From Desulfogranum mediterraneum DSM 13871 (GTDB taxonomy: Bacteria; Desulfobacterota; Desulfobulbia; Desulfobulbales; Desulfobulbaceae), in NCBI RefSeq assembly GCF_000429965.1, contig NZ_AUCW01000015.1, positions 126,855 through 150,854 on the forward strand: a DNA stretch of 24,000 nt, written 5' to 3'. Numbering within the stretch: position 1 is the first letter of the stretch; every line of letters begins with the position of its first letter. Shown one piece after another: positions 1 to 8,824 of the stretch. The position numbers and the translations under genes were made by a program. The notes below the pieces were generated by a model. The model was not told where the DNA came from. It did not search any database and saw nothing but the letters and a program-made list of their open reading frames with translations.

Positions 1-788
1 TTGGAGTGTATCCCCCTATCCAGTTCAAGGAGCTCGTCGGCATCGGTATAAAACTGTGTTATGATCCGGGCCACAGCCTGCCCTTTGGACGGGGACAGGA
101 GCTCTTGCCCTGCCAGGGCCCGCTCAATGGTCTGGAGAGCGTTCAGGGCGGACTGGAGCAGAGAACGTCGCCCCTTAAGCAGATATTCAGCCAGATAGAG
201 CGCGGCCTGATTCTGCTGCAGCCAGAGTTCCGGGTAGGGGGAGAGGAGCAGATCCAGCGCCGAACAGGCCGAGTCCAGCCTGCTTTCCACCCCCCTCTCG
301 GGGGCGGCGCGGGCGGTGATCAGTTCCACCGCCTCAATGGAGGTATCGGCAAAGCGGCGGGCAGAGGCCAGGTAGAGGTTGAGATCCGCTGGCCTGATGC
401 CGGTGATAGGGCTGGCTTGGCCTTGAAAGAGCACCTGCTGGAGCCTCTTGCTCAGGGTAATCACCCGGGAAACCTCACGCACCGAGGCCTGGGCATACTG
501 CTCATGGGCCTGTTGGAGGCCAAGGGCGTGGTACTGGAGAAAAAAGGCAGCGTGCAGACGCCTGGATCGCTCCAGGCCCCGGTCCATCTCCAAGACCAGC
601 TGCTCTACCTGGACGCTGTTGCGGATGTCAGCCTCACCCCCTCTGACATAGAGCAGCGAAAGAGAGCCGGTCAGGGCCAGCACCACCACAAAGAGCAGCA
701 GCAGGCTGAACACCAGGGTAAACTTCCGGGTAATCCCCAGATCTCTCCAGCGAGGTTTGATCCTCTCGATGAATGCACTCCTGGACAC
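1..788 (-). CDS. Membrane sensor/signal-transduction protein, N-terminal part only (gene runs off the left edge). One TM helix followed by a long helical extracytoplasmic region.
   Basis: My own minus-strand translation from GTG at 788-786 reads VSRSAFIERIKPRWRDLGITRKFTLVFSLLLLFVVVLALTGSLSLLYVRGGEADIRNSVQVEQLVLEMDRGLERSRRLHAAFFLQYHALGLQQAHEQY... and stays open to position 1. It has a hydrophobic stretch of about 20 aa. A GGGGGGAG SD-like run lies between the upstream stop (798) and this start. It is absent from the ORF track because no stop lies in the window. Plus-strand ORF 6..818 is its mirror image. Confidence 0.55.
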   Translation of the reverse strand, partial: MSRSAFIERIKPRWRDLGITRKFTLVFSLLLLFVVVLALTGSLSLLYVRGGEADIRNSVQVEQLVLEMDRGLERSRRLHAAFFLQYHALGLQQAHEQYAQASVREVSRVITLSKRLQQVLFQGQASPITGIRPADLNLYLASARRFADTSIEAVELITARAAPERGVESRLDSACSALDLLLSPYPELWLQQNQAALYLAEYLLKGRRSLLQSALNALQTIERALAGQELLSPSKGQAVARIITQFYTDADELLELDRGIHS

Positions 789-797
789 AGCTCCCCC

Positions 798-2066
798 CTA
801 TTCCGCAGGTTTCCATGAGTAGAGCACGTTACGCTCCAGACCGGCAAGTCCCTGCTCATGGTCATCCAGTCGGAGGACATTGAAGGCAGGGGAGCTGCAG
901 TCACCAAAGCGGTCACAACTCAGGGAACCGCCTAGCCCCTCATAGTCCCTGACCGCGTGCAGGGTGTCACGCAGGGCCTGCCGGCCAACCAGCAAGGAGC
1001 CGTCCCTGGCCGACAAGGCGCACTGCTCTATGGCATGGAAGAGCAGATCTGCGCCCTCATAGCCGCTGAGATAATAACTCACCCTGGGGGCTTCCCCGTA
1101 ACTGGCGCGATAGGCACCATCCAGCTGCTCAACCCTGGGACCCTCGGGCCGACGGGGACCGATAAAGTAGAGGCCTTCAGCGGCCACGCCCACATCATCG
1201 AGAAAACTCTGCTCAATCAGGGCGCCGTCGCTGATCAGGACGATATCCTGCAGGGCCTCGATCTTGCGGGCCTGGAGCAGCACCCTGTTCCCTTCGGGTT
1301 GGAACAGGGGAAAAAAAAGAAGCTGGGCCCCGGAACGGGCCACTGCGGTGAGTACAGGAACCATGTCACGGTCCCCCTTATGGATCGAGGTTTCCAGGAC
1401 CAGCTCCCCTCCCAACTCGAGGAAGGCCTTCTTAAAACTCTTGGTCAGACCCCTGGTATAGATATCGTTGTCATTGATGGTGGCGGCTCGACGCAGGCCG
1501 AGTTGATGATAGAGATAGCCGGCGGCAGCCTTGCCGGCATTCTCCTCATTGGTGGCGGTCCGAAAATACCCCGGTTGTCGTCCCGGGGCTGCTTCGCCGC
1601 CGATGGAGGTGAGATAGGGGGCCGAGTTGTTGCCGGACACCATGGTCAGGTTGGCCGAGGACATGGCCTTGGCCGCAGTGGCAGCGGCCCCGGAGCAGGT
1701 GGTACCGAAGATGGCCACGGTCTGCGGATCGGCGATCACCTTGAGGGCGGCATTGGCTCCCCCCTCGGCCGTGCAGCCGGTATCTTCTATCTGGAGGACC
1801 ACCTGATGGTCCAGCAGCCGATGGCCCCGGGCAGCCAGGGCCAGCTCCAGCCCCCTGAGCTGGGCCTCTCCCAGGGGTGCGACCTGACCCTTCAGGGCCT
1901 GGAGCACTCCGATCTGAACAGGCTCCTCCGGGGCGATCCGGACGCATCCCAGGGGATCGCTGCACTCTAAAGGCGGGGTGTCCTGGGTGGAACAGGAAGA
2001 GAGCCAGGGGGGCAGCAGGAGTGCCCCAATCAGCAGCCAGCAGCGCTTCTCAACTCCAGTGAGCAT
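798..2066 (-). CDS. Periplasmic substrate-binding lipoprotein, type-1 PBP (LivK / branched-chain amino-acid-binding family)
   Basis: 422-aa ORF. The signal peptide has a lipobox (LPPWLSS-C-STQ). Overall sequence pattern fits Leu/Ile/Val-type binding proteins. GGAGGTG SD lies 6 nt upstream of ATG 2066. Confidence 0.8.
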   Translation of the reverse strand: MLTGVEKRCWLLIGALLLPPWLSSCSTQDTPPLECSDPLGCVRIAPEEPVQIGVLQALKGQVAPLGEAQLRGLELALAARGHRLLDHQVVLQIEDTGCTAEGGANAALKVIADPQTVAIFGTTCSGAAATAAKAMSSANLTMVSGNNSAPYLTSIGGEAAPGRQPGYFRTATNEENAGKAAAGYLYHQLGLRRAATINDNDIYTRGLTKSFKKAFLELGGELVLETSIHKGDRDMVPVLTAVARSGAQLLFFPLFQPEGNRVLLQARKIEALQDIVLISDGALIEQSFLDDVGVAAEGLYFIGPRRPEGPRVEQLDGAYRASYGEAPRVSYYLSGYEGADLLFHAIEQCALSARDGSLLVGRQALRDTLHAVRDYEGLGGSLSCDRFGDCSSPAFNVLRLDDHEQGLAGLERNVLYSWKPAE

Positions 2067-2115
2067 GGAGTCACCTCCGGAAAAAATTATTGAGTGGACA
2101 AGCCGGGTCCGGCAA

Positions 2116-2141
2116 GCTATAGCAAGGCTATCTATAGATAG
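2116..2141. promoter_or_regulatory. Two CTATAG-centred palindromes (GCTATAGC at 2116-2123; CTATCTATAGATAG at 2128-2141) in the divergent PBP/hydrolase intergenic region. Candidate operator.
   Basis: Both are perfect palindromes, read directly from the sequence. They sit in the AT-richer 204-bp divergent promoter region. Confidence 0.3.
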
Positions 2142-2270
2142 TAGAAGATATGACAGGGAAGGTCAATGCGCCAGCAGGAGCGCTCTTCTTCCTGGATTGC
2201 AAGGCCTACGCAGCTGTCCCCTGTACAGTGACCATACCCAAAAATCAACCGCAGCTCACCCGGAAAACCG

Positions 2271-3251
2271 ATGCCATCACCTTTTCTTCCACCGCCAGGC
2301 CTGCGCAGCCCTCACCTGCAGACCACCCTGGCCTCCCTGTTCCCTCGCAAACTGGCAAGCCGGGCCCGTACCCGCCGGCTGCGTGCCGAGAGCCGGGAAC
2401 ATATCCTTGACTGTGGACAGGGGGTGCGGCTGTCAGGGGCCTTTAGCCCGGCTCAGCAGCCGGCCAAGGGGCTGGTGACCCTGCTCCATGGCTGGGAGGG
2501 CAGTATGGACTCCGCCTACCTGCTCTCTGCAGCAGGGGTCCTCTATCAGCACGGCTACAGCATCTTCCGCCTCAACCTCAGGGACCATGGCCACAGCCAC
2601 CACCTTAACCGTGAACTGTTCAACTCCAACCGACTCACTGAGGTCGTCCGGGCAGTGGCCGAAATTCAGGGGCGATTCCCCCATGAGCGGACCTTTCTGG
2701 TGGGCTTTTCCCTGGGCGGGAACTTTGCCCTGCGCATCGGCCTGGAGGCCCCTGCTGCAGGGATCCACCTCAACGGGATAGCAACCGTCTCCCCCCTGAT
2801 CAATCCACAGACCACCACCGACCAGCTGGAGGCGGCACATCCCCTCTATCACCACTACTTTGTCCGCAAATGGAAGAGATCGCTTCACAAGAAGCATGGC
2901 TATTTCCCTGAGCTGGGCCTGGATCAGCAACTGCTGCGGCTCAACTCTCTCTCCAGGATGCACGACCACTTTGTCCCCCGCCACACCGACCATGCCACCA
3001 CCCGGGAGTATCTGGCGAGCTACCGGCTGAGTCCGGCCCGACTCCAGGCCCTGACCATCCCCAGCCACCTGATCGGCTCAAAAGACGACCCCATCACCCT
3101 GTATCAGGATCTGGCTCCCATCCAGCCGGCCTCCCAACTGCAGGTAGAGGTGGTTGACTACGGCGGCCACTGTGGTTTTCTCCAGGATTACCGGCTCACC
3201 AGCTGGGCCGACAACCGCCTGAAGGAGATCCTTGACGCTTACTGCGGCTGA
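2271..3251 (+). CDS. Alpha/beta-fold hydrolase, YheT/ABHD1-3-like
   Basis: 326 aa. The N-terminal LRSPHLQTTLASLFPRK resembles the conserved HLQT..P motif of the E. coli YheT family. Nucleophile elbow GFSLGGN is present, and an HG motif (LLHGWEGS) suits an oxyanion hole. Confidence 0.75.
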   Translation: MPSPFLPPPGLRSPHLQTTLASLFPRKLASRARTRRLRAESREHILDCGQGVRLSGAFSPAQQPAKGLVTLLHGWEGSMDSAYLLSAAGVLYQHGYSIFRLNLRDHGHSHHLNRELFNSNRLTEVVRAVAEIQGRFPHERTFLVGFSLGGNFALRIGLEAPAAGIHLNGIATVSPLINPQTTTDQLEAAHPLYHHYFVRKWKRSLHKKHGYFPELGLDQQLLRLNSLSRMHDHFVPRHTDHATTREYLASYRLSPARLQALTIPSHLIGSKDDPITLYQDLAPIQPASQLQVEVVDYGGHCGFLQDYRLTSWADNRLKEILDAYCG

Positions 3252-3265
3252 ACGGATCACGATAC

Positions 3266-3964
3266 TCAGGAGCCGTGTCCCTTGCCCCCTCCCCTGCCCG
3301 GGCCGCTGAGATGAAAGCCCACCAGGCGGGCAACGAAGATGGCCACAAACATCTGGCCGACCAGGGCCTCAAGGATGGTCAGGGTCCTGGCCATGTTGCC
3401 GGTGGGGGTGATCTCGCCAAAGCCCAGGGTGGTCAGGGTAACGAAACTGAAGTAGCCCAACTCAGCCCGCAGGGACTGGATAGTATCCACCTGCTCGCCC
3501 AGGGCAAAGGAGCCGGGTGCCAGCAGCTCGACCATCACATAGAGTTCAGCCCATAGGAAGGCCAGGAAGAGGTAGATACAGACTCCTCCATAGATGGTGT
3601 CCGGCCGCGGCTTTCGCTGGTGCATGATGTAGTGGAACAGGGCATAGGCATTGAAGAGCATGAAGGCGGCCGAGGAGGCCGAAGAGAAGAGGAGCAAACC
3701 CTCCTGGGGCCAGTAAAGATACCACCAGCGCAGGACAGAGGCGGGCAGGAGGATCAACAGCCCGACCAGCAGGATCTTACGATTGTGGAACAGGCTCCAG
3801 ATACCGGCAAAGAAGACCGCAGAGTAGACCAGATCAACCAGGATCGGCCTCTGATGGCTCTCGGCAAAGGGCGAGACCAGGATCAGGATGAGCAGACAGA
3901 GCAGCAGGGTGAGGAAGCTGCCGCTCTGTTCCCGGGGTGTGTTATGGAAGAGCATGATGGTCAC
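3266..3964 (-). CDS. Potassium channel family protein (multi-TM, pore loop TLTTLGFGE)
   Basis: 232 aa and very hydrophobic. It carries a K+ selectivity-filter-like signature, T-L-G-F-G-E. The GTG start (3964-3962) overlaps the TGA stop (3963-3961) of the upstream CPA2 gene (GTGA overlap). Confidence 0.75.
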   Translation of the reverse strand: MTIMLFHNTPREQSGSFLTLLLCLLILILVSPFAESHQRPILVDLVYSAVFFAGIWSLFHNRKILLVGLLILLPASVLRWWYLYWPQEGLLLFSSASSAAFMLFNAYALFHYIMHQRKPRPDTIYGGVCIYLFLAFLWAELYVMVELLAPGSFALGEQVDTIQSLRAELGYFSFVTLTTLGFGEITPTGNMARTLTILEALVGQMFVAIFVARLVGFHLSGPGRGGGKGHGS

Positions 3965-5592
3965 CGCCCCCCGCTCTCTTTGCCTTCAGGGGCTGATGCC
4001 TCCATTTCTGCCCCCTCGACCCCCTCGGCCTGCTCGACTACATGGTCGACAAATCCCGCCCCAGCCTCGCCATAGAGATAAAAGACCCGTTCAACGCCAC
4101 CCTGCCGCAGGGCCTGGAGCTCATCATCGTAGCGGGCCGTAGCAGCGATCACCATGGATTCCCGGCCCAGGGCCTCCTGGATGTTTTTAGCGGCCTTCAG
4201 GTTTGAGGGGTGGGACATGGTCAAGAAGAGCATGCTTAGCTGCCCCGGATTGGCGATCCCCCGCTGCCAGAAGATCTCGTCGGCCGCATCCCCCTGGATG
4301 ACAGCTCGGCCTGCGGCCTGGTGGGCCGCCACCCGCTCCTCGTCGAAATCCAGGCCGATCACCCGGTAGCCATAGCGATCGGTCAGCTGCTCGTAGGCCC
4401 CGGTACCGACCCGGCCCATCCCCAGAACCGCCACCCTTGCCCCGCCGATATCCACCGCCTCCTCACCGCTCAGCCGCCTGCGGGTTTCACACCTCTTCAA
4501 GAGTCCGGCCCAACGTCTGTAGAACACTGGTGCCAGGCTGTTCAGGGGTGAGGCGGCCACCATGGAAAAGGAGACCGCCACGGCAATGATGACCAGCCAC
4601 TCACTGCCCAGCCAGCCCTGGGTCACCCCGATGGTGGACACAATCAAGCCGAATTCACTGTAGTTGGACAGGTTGAGGGAGGAGAGCAGGGAGGTGCGGG
4701 CCCGGAGCCGAAAACGGGTCAGGAGGAGAAAGAAGAGCACGCTCTTCAGGGGAACCAGCAACACCAGGAGAGCGGCGATCAGCACGGCCTCCAGTCCGGG
4801 CAGCTCGGTCATGCCGATGGTGAGGAAAAAGCCCACCAGAAAGAGATCCTTGAAGCCGAACATGGCCTTGGCCAGCTCATCAGTCTTGGCATGACCGCCA
4901 AGGAGCATCCCCAGGATCAGTGCCCCCAGGTCCGGCTTCAGGCCCACATGTTCAAAGAGAGCGGCCCCGGCAAGGGGCAGGATGCAGGCCAACAGGACCA
5001 GCAGCTCACCGTGACCGCTGCGATCCAGAATCTTGCCCAGGGGTCGTTTCACAAAGAGCAAGAGCAACAGTCCCAGGGCCAGGGGTGAGGGAAGCTTGCC
5101 GCTGGAAAAGGTGATAAAGAGCACCGCAAAGAGATCCTGCATAATCAGGATACCAATGGCCAGCCGGCCATGGCCTGAGGTCATTTCCCCCTGTTCCTCC
5201 AGGATCTTGACCGCAAAGACGGTGCTGGAAAAACTGAGGGCAAAGGCGAACAGGAGGGTGGTCGACAGCTCCAGGTCACGGAAGCAGCCAATCCCCAACA
5301 GACCAAGTCCCTGGAGGATGAGTGTAAAGCCGATCACGGTCAGGAGCATGTGGCTGGCCGCACTCCCCCAGACCTGAGGCTGGAGGAGCCGTTTGGGCTG
5401 GACCTTCAGGCCGATACTGAAGAGGAGCAGGAGGATGCCGACATCTGCCAGCTGGTGGAGGGTCTCACTGGCCTCCTGGCCCATGAGGTTTAAGACAAAC
5501 CCTCCTGCCAGAAAACCCACCAGCGGCGGCAGCCCCAGCTGCCGGGCCAGAAAACCGAGCACAAAGGCAATGACGATAAAAAGGATATCCAT
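3961..5592 (-). CDS. Monovalent cation:proton antiporter-2 (CPA2, KefB/KefC/YbaL-like) with a C-terminal RCK/TrkA-N domain
   Basis: Na+/H+-exchanger-type membrane domain followed by a Rossmann motif, VAVLGMGRVGTGAY. I place the start at ATG 5592 (MDILFIVIAF...), which has an AAAGAGGAG SD 4 nt upstream, rather than at the TTG 5628 given in the track. Confidence 0.85.
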   Translation of the reverse strand: MDILFIVIAFVLGFLARQLGLPPLVGFLAGGFVLNLMGQEASETLHQLADVGILLLLFSIGLKVQPKRLLQPQVWGSAASHMLLTVIGFTLILQGLGLLGIGCFRDLELSTTLLFAFALSFSSTVFAVKILEEQGEMTSGHGRLAIGILIMQDLFAVLFITFSSGKLPSPLALGLLLLLFVKRPLGKILDRSGHGELLVLLACILPLAGAALFEHVGLKPDLGALILGMLLGGHAKTDELAKAMFGFKDLFLVGFFLTIGMTELPGLEAVLIAALLVLLVPLKSVLFFLLLTRFRLRARTSLLSSLNLSNYSEFGLIVSTIGVTQGWLGSEWLVIIAVAVSFSMVAASPLNSLAPVFYRRWAGLLKRCETRRRLSGEEAVDIGGARVAVLGMGRVGTGAYEQLTDRYGYRVIGLDFDEERVAAHQAAGRAVIQGDAADEIFWQRGIANPGQLSMLFLTMSHPSNLKAAKNIQEALGRESMVIAATARYDDELQALRQGGVERVFYLYGEAGAGFVDHVVEQAEGVEGAEMEASAPEGKESGGR

Positions 5593-5702
5593 GACGCTCC
5601 TCTTTGCTGGAGTGTGGTTTGAACCCAATCAGGCGGACACAGGGAGCAGATGATATCTGCCAGCCCCTCTGGACTCTTCTTCCCGGCGATCCGTGCTCCC
5701 TA

Positions 5703-7535
5703 TCAGAGAAGGTAACGGACCCAGGCCAACCCCACCGCAGCGATCATGGTCAGAAAGAAGAGGGGGATGCCAACCTTGAGATAATCCCCCAGGACATAGG
5801 CCCCCGGGTCACGGACAATCATGTTGACCGGTGAGCCCACGGGCGAGATAAAGGCGGCAGAACAGGCAATGGCGACAATCATCCCACAGGCCTGGGGAGA
5901 CACCCCCAGCTGGCTGCCCAGCTCCACGGCAATGGGGGCGATCAGCACGGCGGCGGGTGTGCTGGACAAGACCAGGCCCACAGCGCCGGTGAGCAGAAAG
6001 AGCACGCTGAGCAGCACCAGGGGGTGGACCGGGCCCAGGCCGGTCAGGAGCAGCTGGCAGAGCATCCCTGAGACTGCGGTTTTTTGCAGGGCCAGGGCCA
6101 GGGGCAGGATACCGGCAATGAGCAGGACCGTCTGCCAGTCGATCAGCCGGTAGCAGGCATCTGCCCGGACACAGCGACCCAGCACCAGGGCGAGGCCGGC
6201 GGCCATGACCGCAGTGACCGTGGTAAGCAGGTTGAAGACCAGGGCCCCTACCATCAGCCCCAACACGACCAGGACCAGGGGGGCCTTGCCGGCCGCGGGG
6301 ATGACCTCCCGGTAATCCTCGGGCAGGGTAAGCAGCAGGTACTCGTTGCGATGTTGCCGCAACCGGATGATATCAGCCCAGGCCCCGCAGACCAACAGGA
6401 CGTCACCAAACTGGAGGGGCAGTGAGGAGAGCTCCTCGCTCACGACCTGGTTGTTCCGGCGCACCCCCACCACCAGACAGTCAAACTGGGCGTGGAAGCG
6501 GATATCTCTCAAGCTCTTGCCGATCAACCTGGACTCAGGGGTCAACATCACCTCTGCCGCCCCGATGACCTGGAAGAACCCCCTGCGCTGGCTGGGTTCC
6601 GGGGGCAGGGGCAGACGCTGCAGCTGCAGCTCGGCCGCCACCTCGGCAACCCTGGAATCGGAACCGATCAGCACCAGGGTATCGTTGGGGTGAAAAACCG
6701 TCTCCGGCCGCACCGGGATAATCGCCCGGCCGCCGTTGACCGAGGTCTGGATGGCGATCAGGTTGACCCCGTACCTCTCCCGCAGCTGCACCCGGGCGAC
6801 CGAGCGATCAATCAAGGGGGAGGCTGCCGAAATCTGCAACAGGCTGGCCTGCTGCTCCACCCCGTAACGCCTGGTCAGTTCATGGATAAAACGCCCCTGT
6901 CTCCTGGGCCTCAGCCGGGACTCCCTGGCCAGCAGATGCCGCCCCCAGAGGGCCATGAAGCCCACCCCCACCAGGAGGATGAGCAGTCCAAAGGGGGTAA
7001 AGGCGAAGAAAGAGAGGGGCTGCAGCCCATACTCCCTGAGCACACTGTTCACCACCAGGTTGGGTGAGGTCGCCACCAGGGTCATCATGCCGCTGATCAG
7101 GGCGGCCACGGCCAGGGGCATGAGCAGTCGTTTATGGTTCAGCCCCGCCTTTTCCGCCACCGCAATGGTCACCGGGATGAAGATGGCTGCAGTGGCGGTG
7201 GAGCTCATGAAGGCTCCGACCAGGCCGGCGACCCCCATCAACAGGACCATCAGACGGAGCTCGCTGCTGCCGCCCCTGGCAACCACCCACTCCCCCAGGC
7301 GCTGGGCGATCCCGGTATAGATCACGGCCTCGCTGATGATGAACATCACCCCTACAATCAGGACCACCGGGTTGGCAAAACCGGAGAGGGCCTCGGGCAC
7401 GGTGAGCACCTTGCTCACCATCAGGGCCACCACCACCAGCATGGCCACCAGGTCCGCCCGCACCAGGTTGGTGACCAGCAGGCCGACGGTGGCGGCCAGG
7501 AGAACCAGGGTAATGACGGCTTCGGGGTGGAGCAT
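5703..7535 (-). CDS. SLC13/DASS-type anion permease with two central TrkA-C (RCK_C) domains
   Basis: About 610 aa. Hydrophobic N- and C-terminal halves flank a soluble central segment of about 170 aa with two repeats of a TrkA-C-like pattern (..LIDRSVARVQLRERYGVNLIAIQ.. and ..LIGKSLRDIRFHAQFDCLVVGVRR..). ATG 7535 lies 2 nt after the upstream stop. The track start TTG 7547 is the alternative. Confidence 0.75.
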   Translation of the reverse strand: MLHPEAVITLVLLAATVGLLVTNLVRADLVAMLVVVALMVSKVLTVPEALSGFANPVVLIVGVMFIISEAVIYTGIAQRLGEWVVARGGSSELRLMVLLMGVAGLVGAFMSSTATAAIFIPVTIAVAEKAGLNHKRLLMPLAVAALISGMMTLVATSPNLVVNSVLREYGLQPLSFFAFTPFGLLILLVGVGFMALWGRHLLARESRLRPRRQGRFIHELTRRYGVEQQASLLQISAASPLIDRSVARVQLRERYGVNLIAIQTSVNGGRAIIPVRPETVFHPNDTLVLIGSDSRVAEVAAELQLQRLPLPPEPSQRRGFFQVIGAAEVMLTPESRLIGKSLRDIRFHAQFDCLVVGVRRNNQVVSEELSSLPLQFGDVLLVCGAWADIIRLRQHRNEYLLLTLPEDYREVIPAAGKAPLVLVVLGLMVGALVFNLLTTVTAVMAAGLALVLGRCVRADACYRLIDWQTVLLIAGILPLALALQKTAVSGMLCQLLLTGLGPVHPLVLLSVLFLLTGAVGLVLSSTPAAVLIAPIAVELGSQLGVSPQACGMIVAIACSAAFISPVGSPVNMIVRDPGAYVLGDYLKVGIPLFFLTMIAAVGLAWVRYLL

Positions 7536-7537
7536 AA

Positions 7538-8314
7538 TCAGGAACAACGCCCCTCTATGGACAGATAGTTGAGGGTGGTATGCACCGTGAACAGGGGAAA
7601 GAGCAGGGCCATGAAAAAGACGTTGAAGACCGGAATCATACTGATGACCGCCGGCAAGAGGCCCAGCTGAAAGGCCTGGCTGCGGTGGAGCCGTACCCAG
7701 GATAACTTCCGGCCAAGTTTCCAGCGATACCTGGAGGCAGGGAAATCGATGAACATCAGGGCCGAGTAGAAGACATAGATCAGAAAAACTGCGGCCTGGC
7801 CGACCACGGGAATAAAATTCGCCACCAGGGCCACCAGGGTGGCGAGCAGGCCCACCCCACCGATCTTTATCCCCTCCAGGAGATCAACCAGGATACCGCT
7901 CACGCTCATGGTCGCCTCCCCGTCCCTGGCCTGGCCGGTAAAACGGTTGGCCGCCAGGTAGCTTAAGAAGACATAACCCGGGGTGGTCAGGCAGTAGGCC
8001 AGGAGAAAGGCCAGGTAAAAGGCGATCAGTCGGGAGACAATCAGAAAGAGCCAGCGGATGCCGGTCCAGCCCCAGAAGAGCGGCCACTGCCAAAAGTGGC
8101 TGGTCTCCGGCGGCTGGGCAAAGAACTCGCCGACCAGCGAATCGATCAGGTTCAGGCTGCCATAGGCACCGACCCAGGTCAGGATACCGGTGGAGGCGAT
8201 CAACAGCAGGCTCAGGGTAATCAGTTTAGGGTAACGGAAGATAAACTTTGCCGCATAGCCCAGGGAAACCCAGGGCGGACGGGCAGGAGGCGATGAAGCG
8301 GAACAGGTATGCAT
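7538..8314 (-). CDS. EI24/CysZ-family integral membrane protein
   Basis: 258 aa and multi-TM. The C-terminal half (FIPVVGQAAVFLIYVFYSALMFIDFPASRYRW...IPVFNVFFMALLFPLFTV) matches my memory of the EI24/CysZ (DUF540) pattern. This is a family call from recollection only. Confidence 0.5.
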   Translation of the reverse strand: MHTCSASSPPARPPWVSLGYAAKFIFRYPKLITLSLLLIASTGILTWVGAYGSLNLIDSLVGEFFAQPPETSHFWQWPLFWGWTGIRWLFLIVSRLIAFYLAFLLAYCLTTPGYVFLSYLAANRFTGQARDGEATMSVSGILVDLLEGIKIGGVGLLATLVALVANFIPVVGQAAVFLIYVFYSALMFIDFPASRYRWKLGRKLSWVRLHRSQAFQLGLLPAVISMIPVFNVFFMALLFPLFTVHTTLNYLSIEGRCS

Positions 8315-8406
8315 ACGGCTCAGGAAGAAGGATGAGGTTCAATGATTAGAGGACGGCAGGGTCCCGGGGAATGGACAGAGGCGTGAGCCCGGAGAGAACA
8401 TGGTAC

Positions 8407-8436
8407 AAAAAACGAGGTGCCCGCCGACCCGGCGGG
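8407..8436 (-). terminator. Weak candidate terminator after the 94-aa ORF
   Basis: Minus strand has CCCGCCG-GGU-CGGCGGG (8436-8420), then a 7-nt gap, then U6 (8412-8407). The gap between stem and U-run is non-canonical. Confidence 0.3.
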
Positions 8437-8446
8437 AGGGAGTTTA

Positions 8447-8731
8447 TCAGCCCTGGTAGGCACACCCCACCAGATCAGAGAGGCTGTACTCCACCTTCCG
8501 CCCGGCAAGCTCTGCCAGGATCTGCTGCAGCTGCTGGTTATCCTTAAAGGTGACCCGATTCAGGCCCCGCTCTTCCCGGACCAGGTAGCCACGCTCCCTC
8601 AGGACCGAGACCGCCTGCTCCAGCTGATGGACCACGATCCCCAGGACAGAAAAATCGTTCATGTAAAAGGTGGGGAACTCGGCCTGGCCGATATTGGCAC
8701 AACGGTTTTCCACGATGCGAATCGATCCCAT
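8447..8731 (-). CDS. Small cytoplasmic hypothetical protein (94 aa), possibly an ACT-like beta-alpha-beta fold
   Basis: Strong SD GGGAGGAG lies 5 nt upstream of ATG 8731. Composition is protein-like. No family was recognised, and the ACT-like fold is a guess based on the VLGIVVHQLEQAVSVLRERGYLV segment. Confidence 0.5.
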   Translation of the reverse strand: MGSIRIVENRCANIGQAEFPTFYMNDFSVLGIVVHQLEQAVSVLRERGYLVREERGLNRVTFKDNQQLQQILAELAGRKVEYSLSDLVGCAYQG

Positions 8732-8751
8732 GACGTCTCCTCCCGGTTCGT

Positions 8752-8824
8752 CTGCTCAGGGCTTGATCTCCCCAGAGGGCAAGATCCTCTCTTGCCCGAT
8801 TGTTAGCCGAAACAAGCTGAGCAG
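8752..8824 (-). promoter_or_regulatory. Structured 5' leader RNA element upstream of the 94-aa ORF and the ion-transporter run
   Basis: On the minus-strand RNA, CUGCUCAGCUUG (8824-8813) pairs with CAAG-CC-CUGAGCAG (8765-8752). This helix encloses a perfect 8-bp hairpin, GGGCAAGA-GAGGA-UCUUGCCC (8797-8777), and two internal loops. No U-run follows. Confidence 0.4.

Noticed and set aside
6-818. 270-aa plus-strand ORF at the left edge
   Set aside because: The product is low-complexity and rich in Gly, Arg, Pro and Gln. The opposite strand in the same interval encodes a much more protein-like TM-plus-helical sensor that stays open to the window edge. This is a typical antisense shadow ORF of high-GC DNA.
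957-1970. 337-aa plus-strand ORF inside the PBP gene (also 1546..1965 minus, 1978..2478 plus and 2433..3068 minus)
   Set aside because: These are antisense or out-of-frame shadows of clearly homologous genes (LivK-type PBP, YheT-like hydrolase). Their compositions are implausible.
5593-5702. Hairpin GCAGAT-ATC-ATCTGC and GGGAGCA/TGCTCCC pairing between the SLC13 and CPA2 genes as a terminator or regulator
   Set aside because: The stems are short and mutually exclusive, no U-run follows, and such pairings are easily found by chance in GC-rich DNA.
8752-8824. Assignment of the structured leader to the c-di-AMP (ydaO) riboswitch class
   Set aside because: Only a short GCUAAC resemblance was found. 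The element is far shorter than ydaO and lacks the pseudo-two-fold architecture and the conserved ACGGGG/CCGA blocks I recall. It is kept only as an unclassified structured leader.
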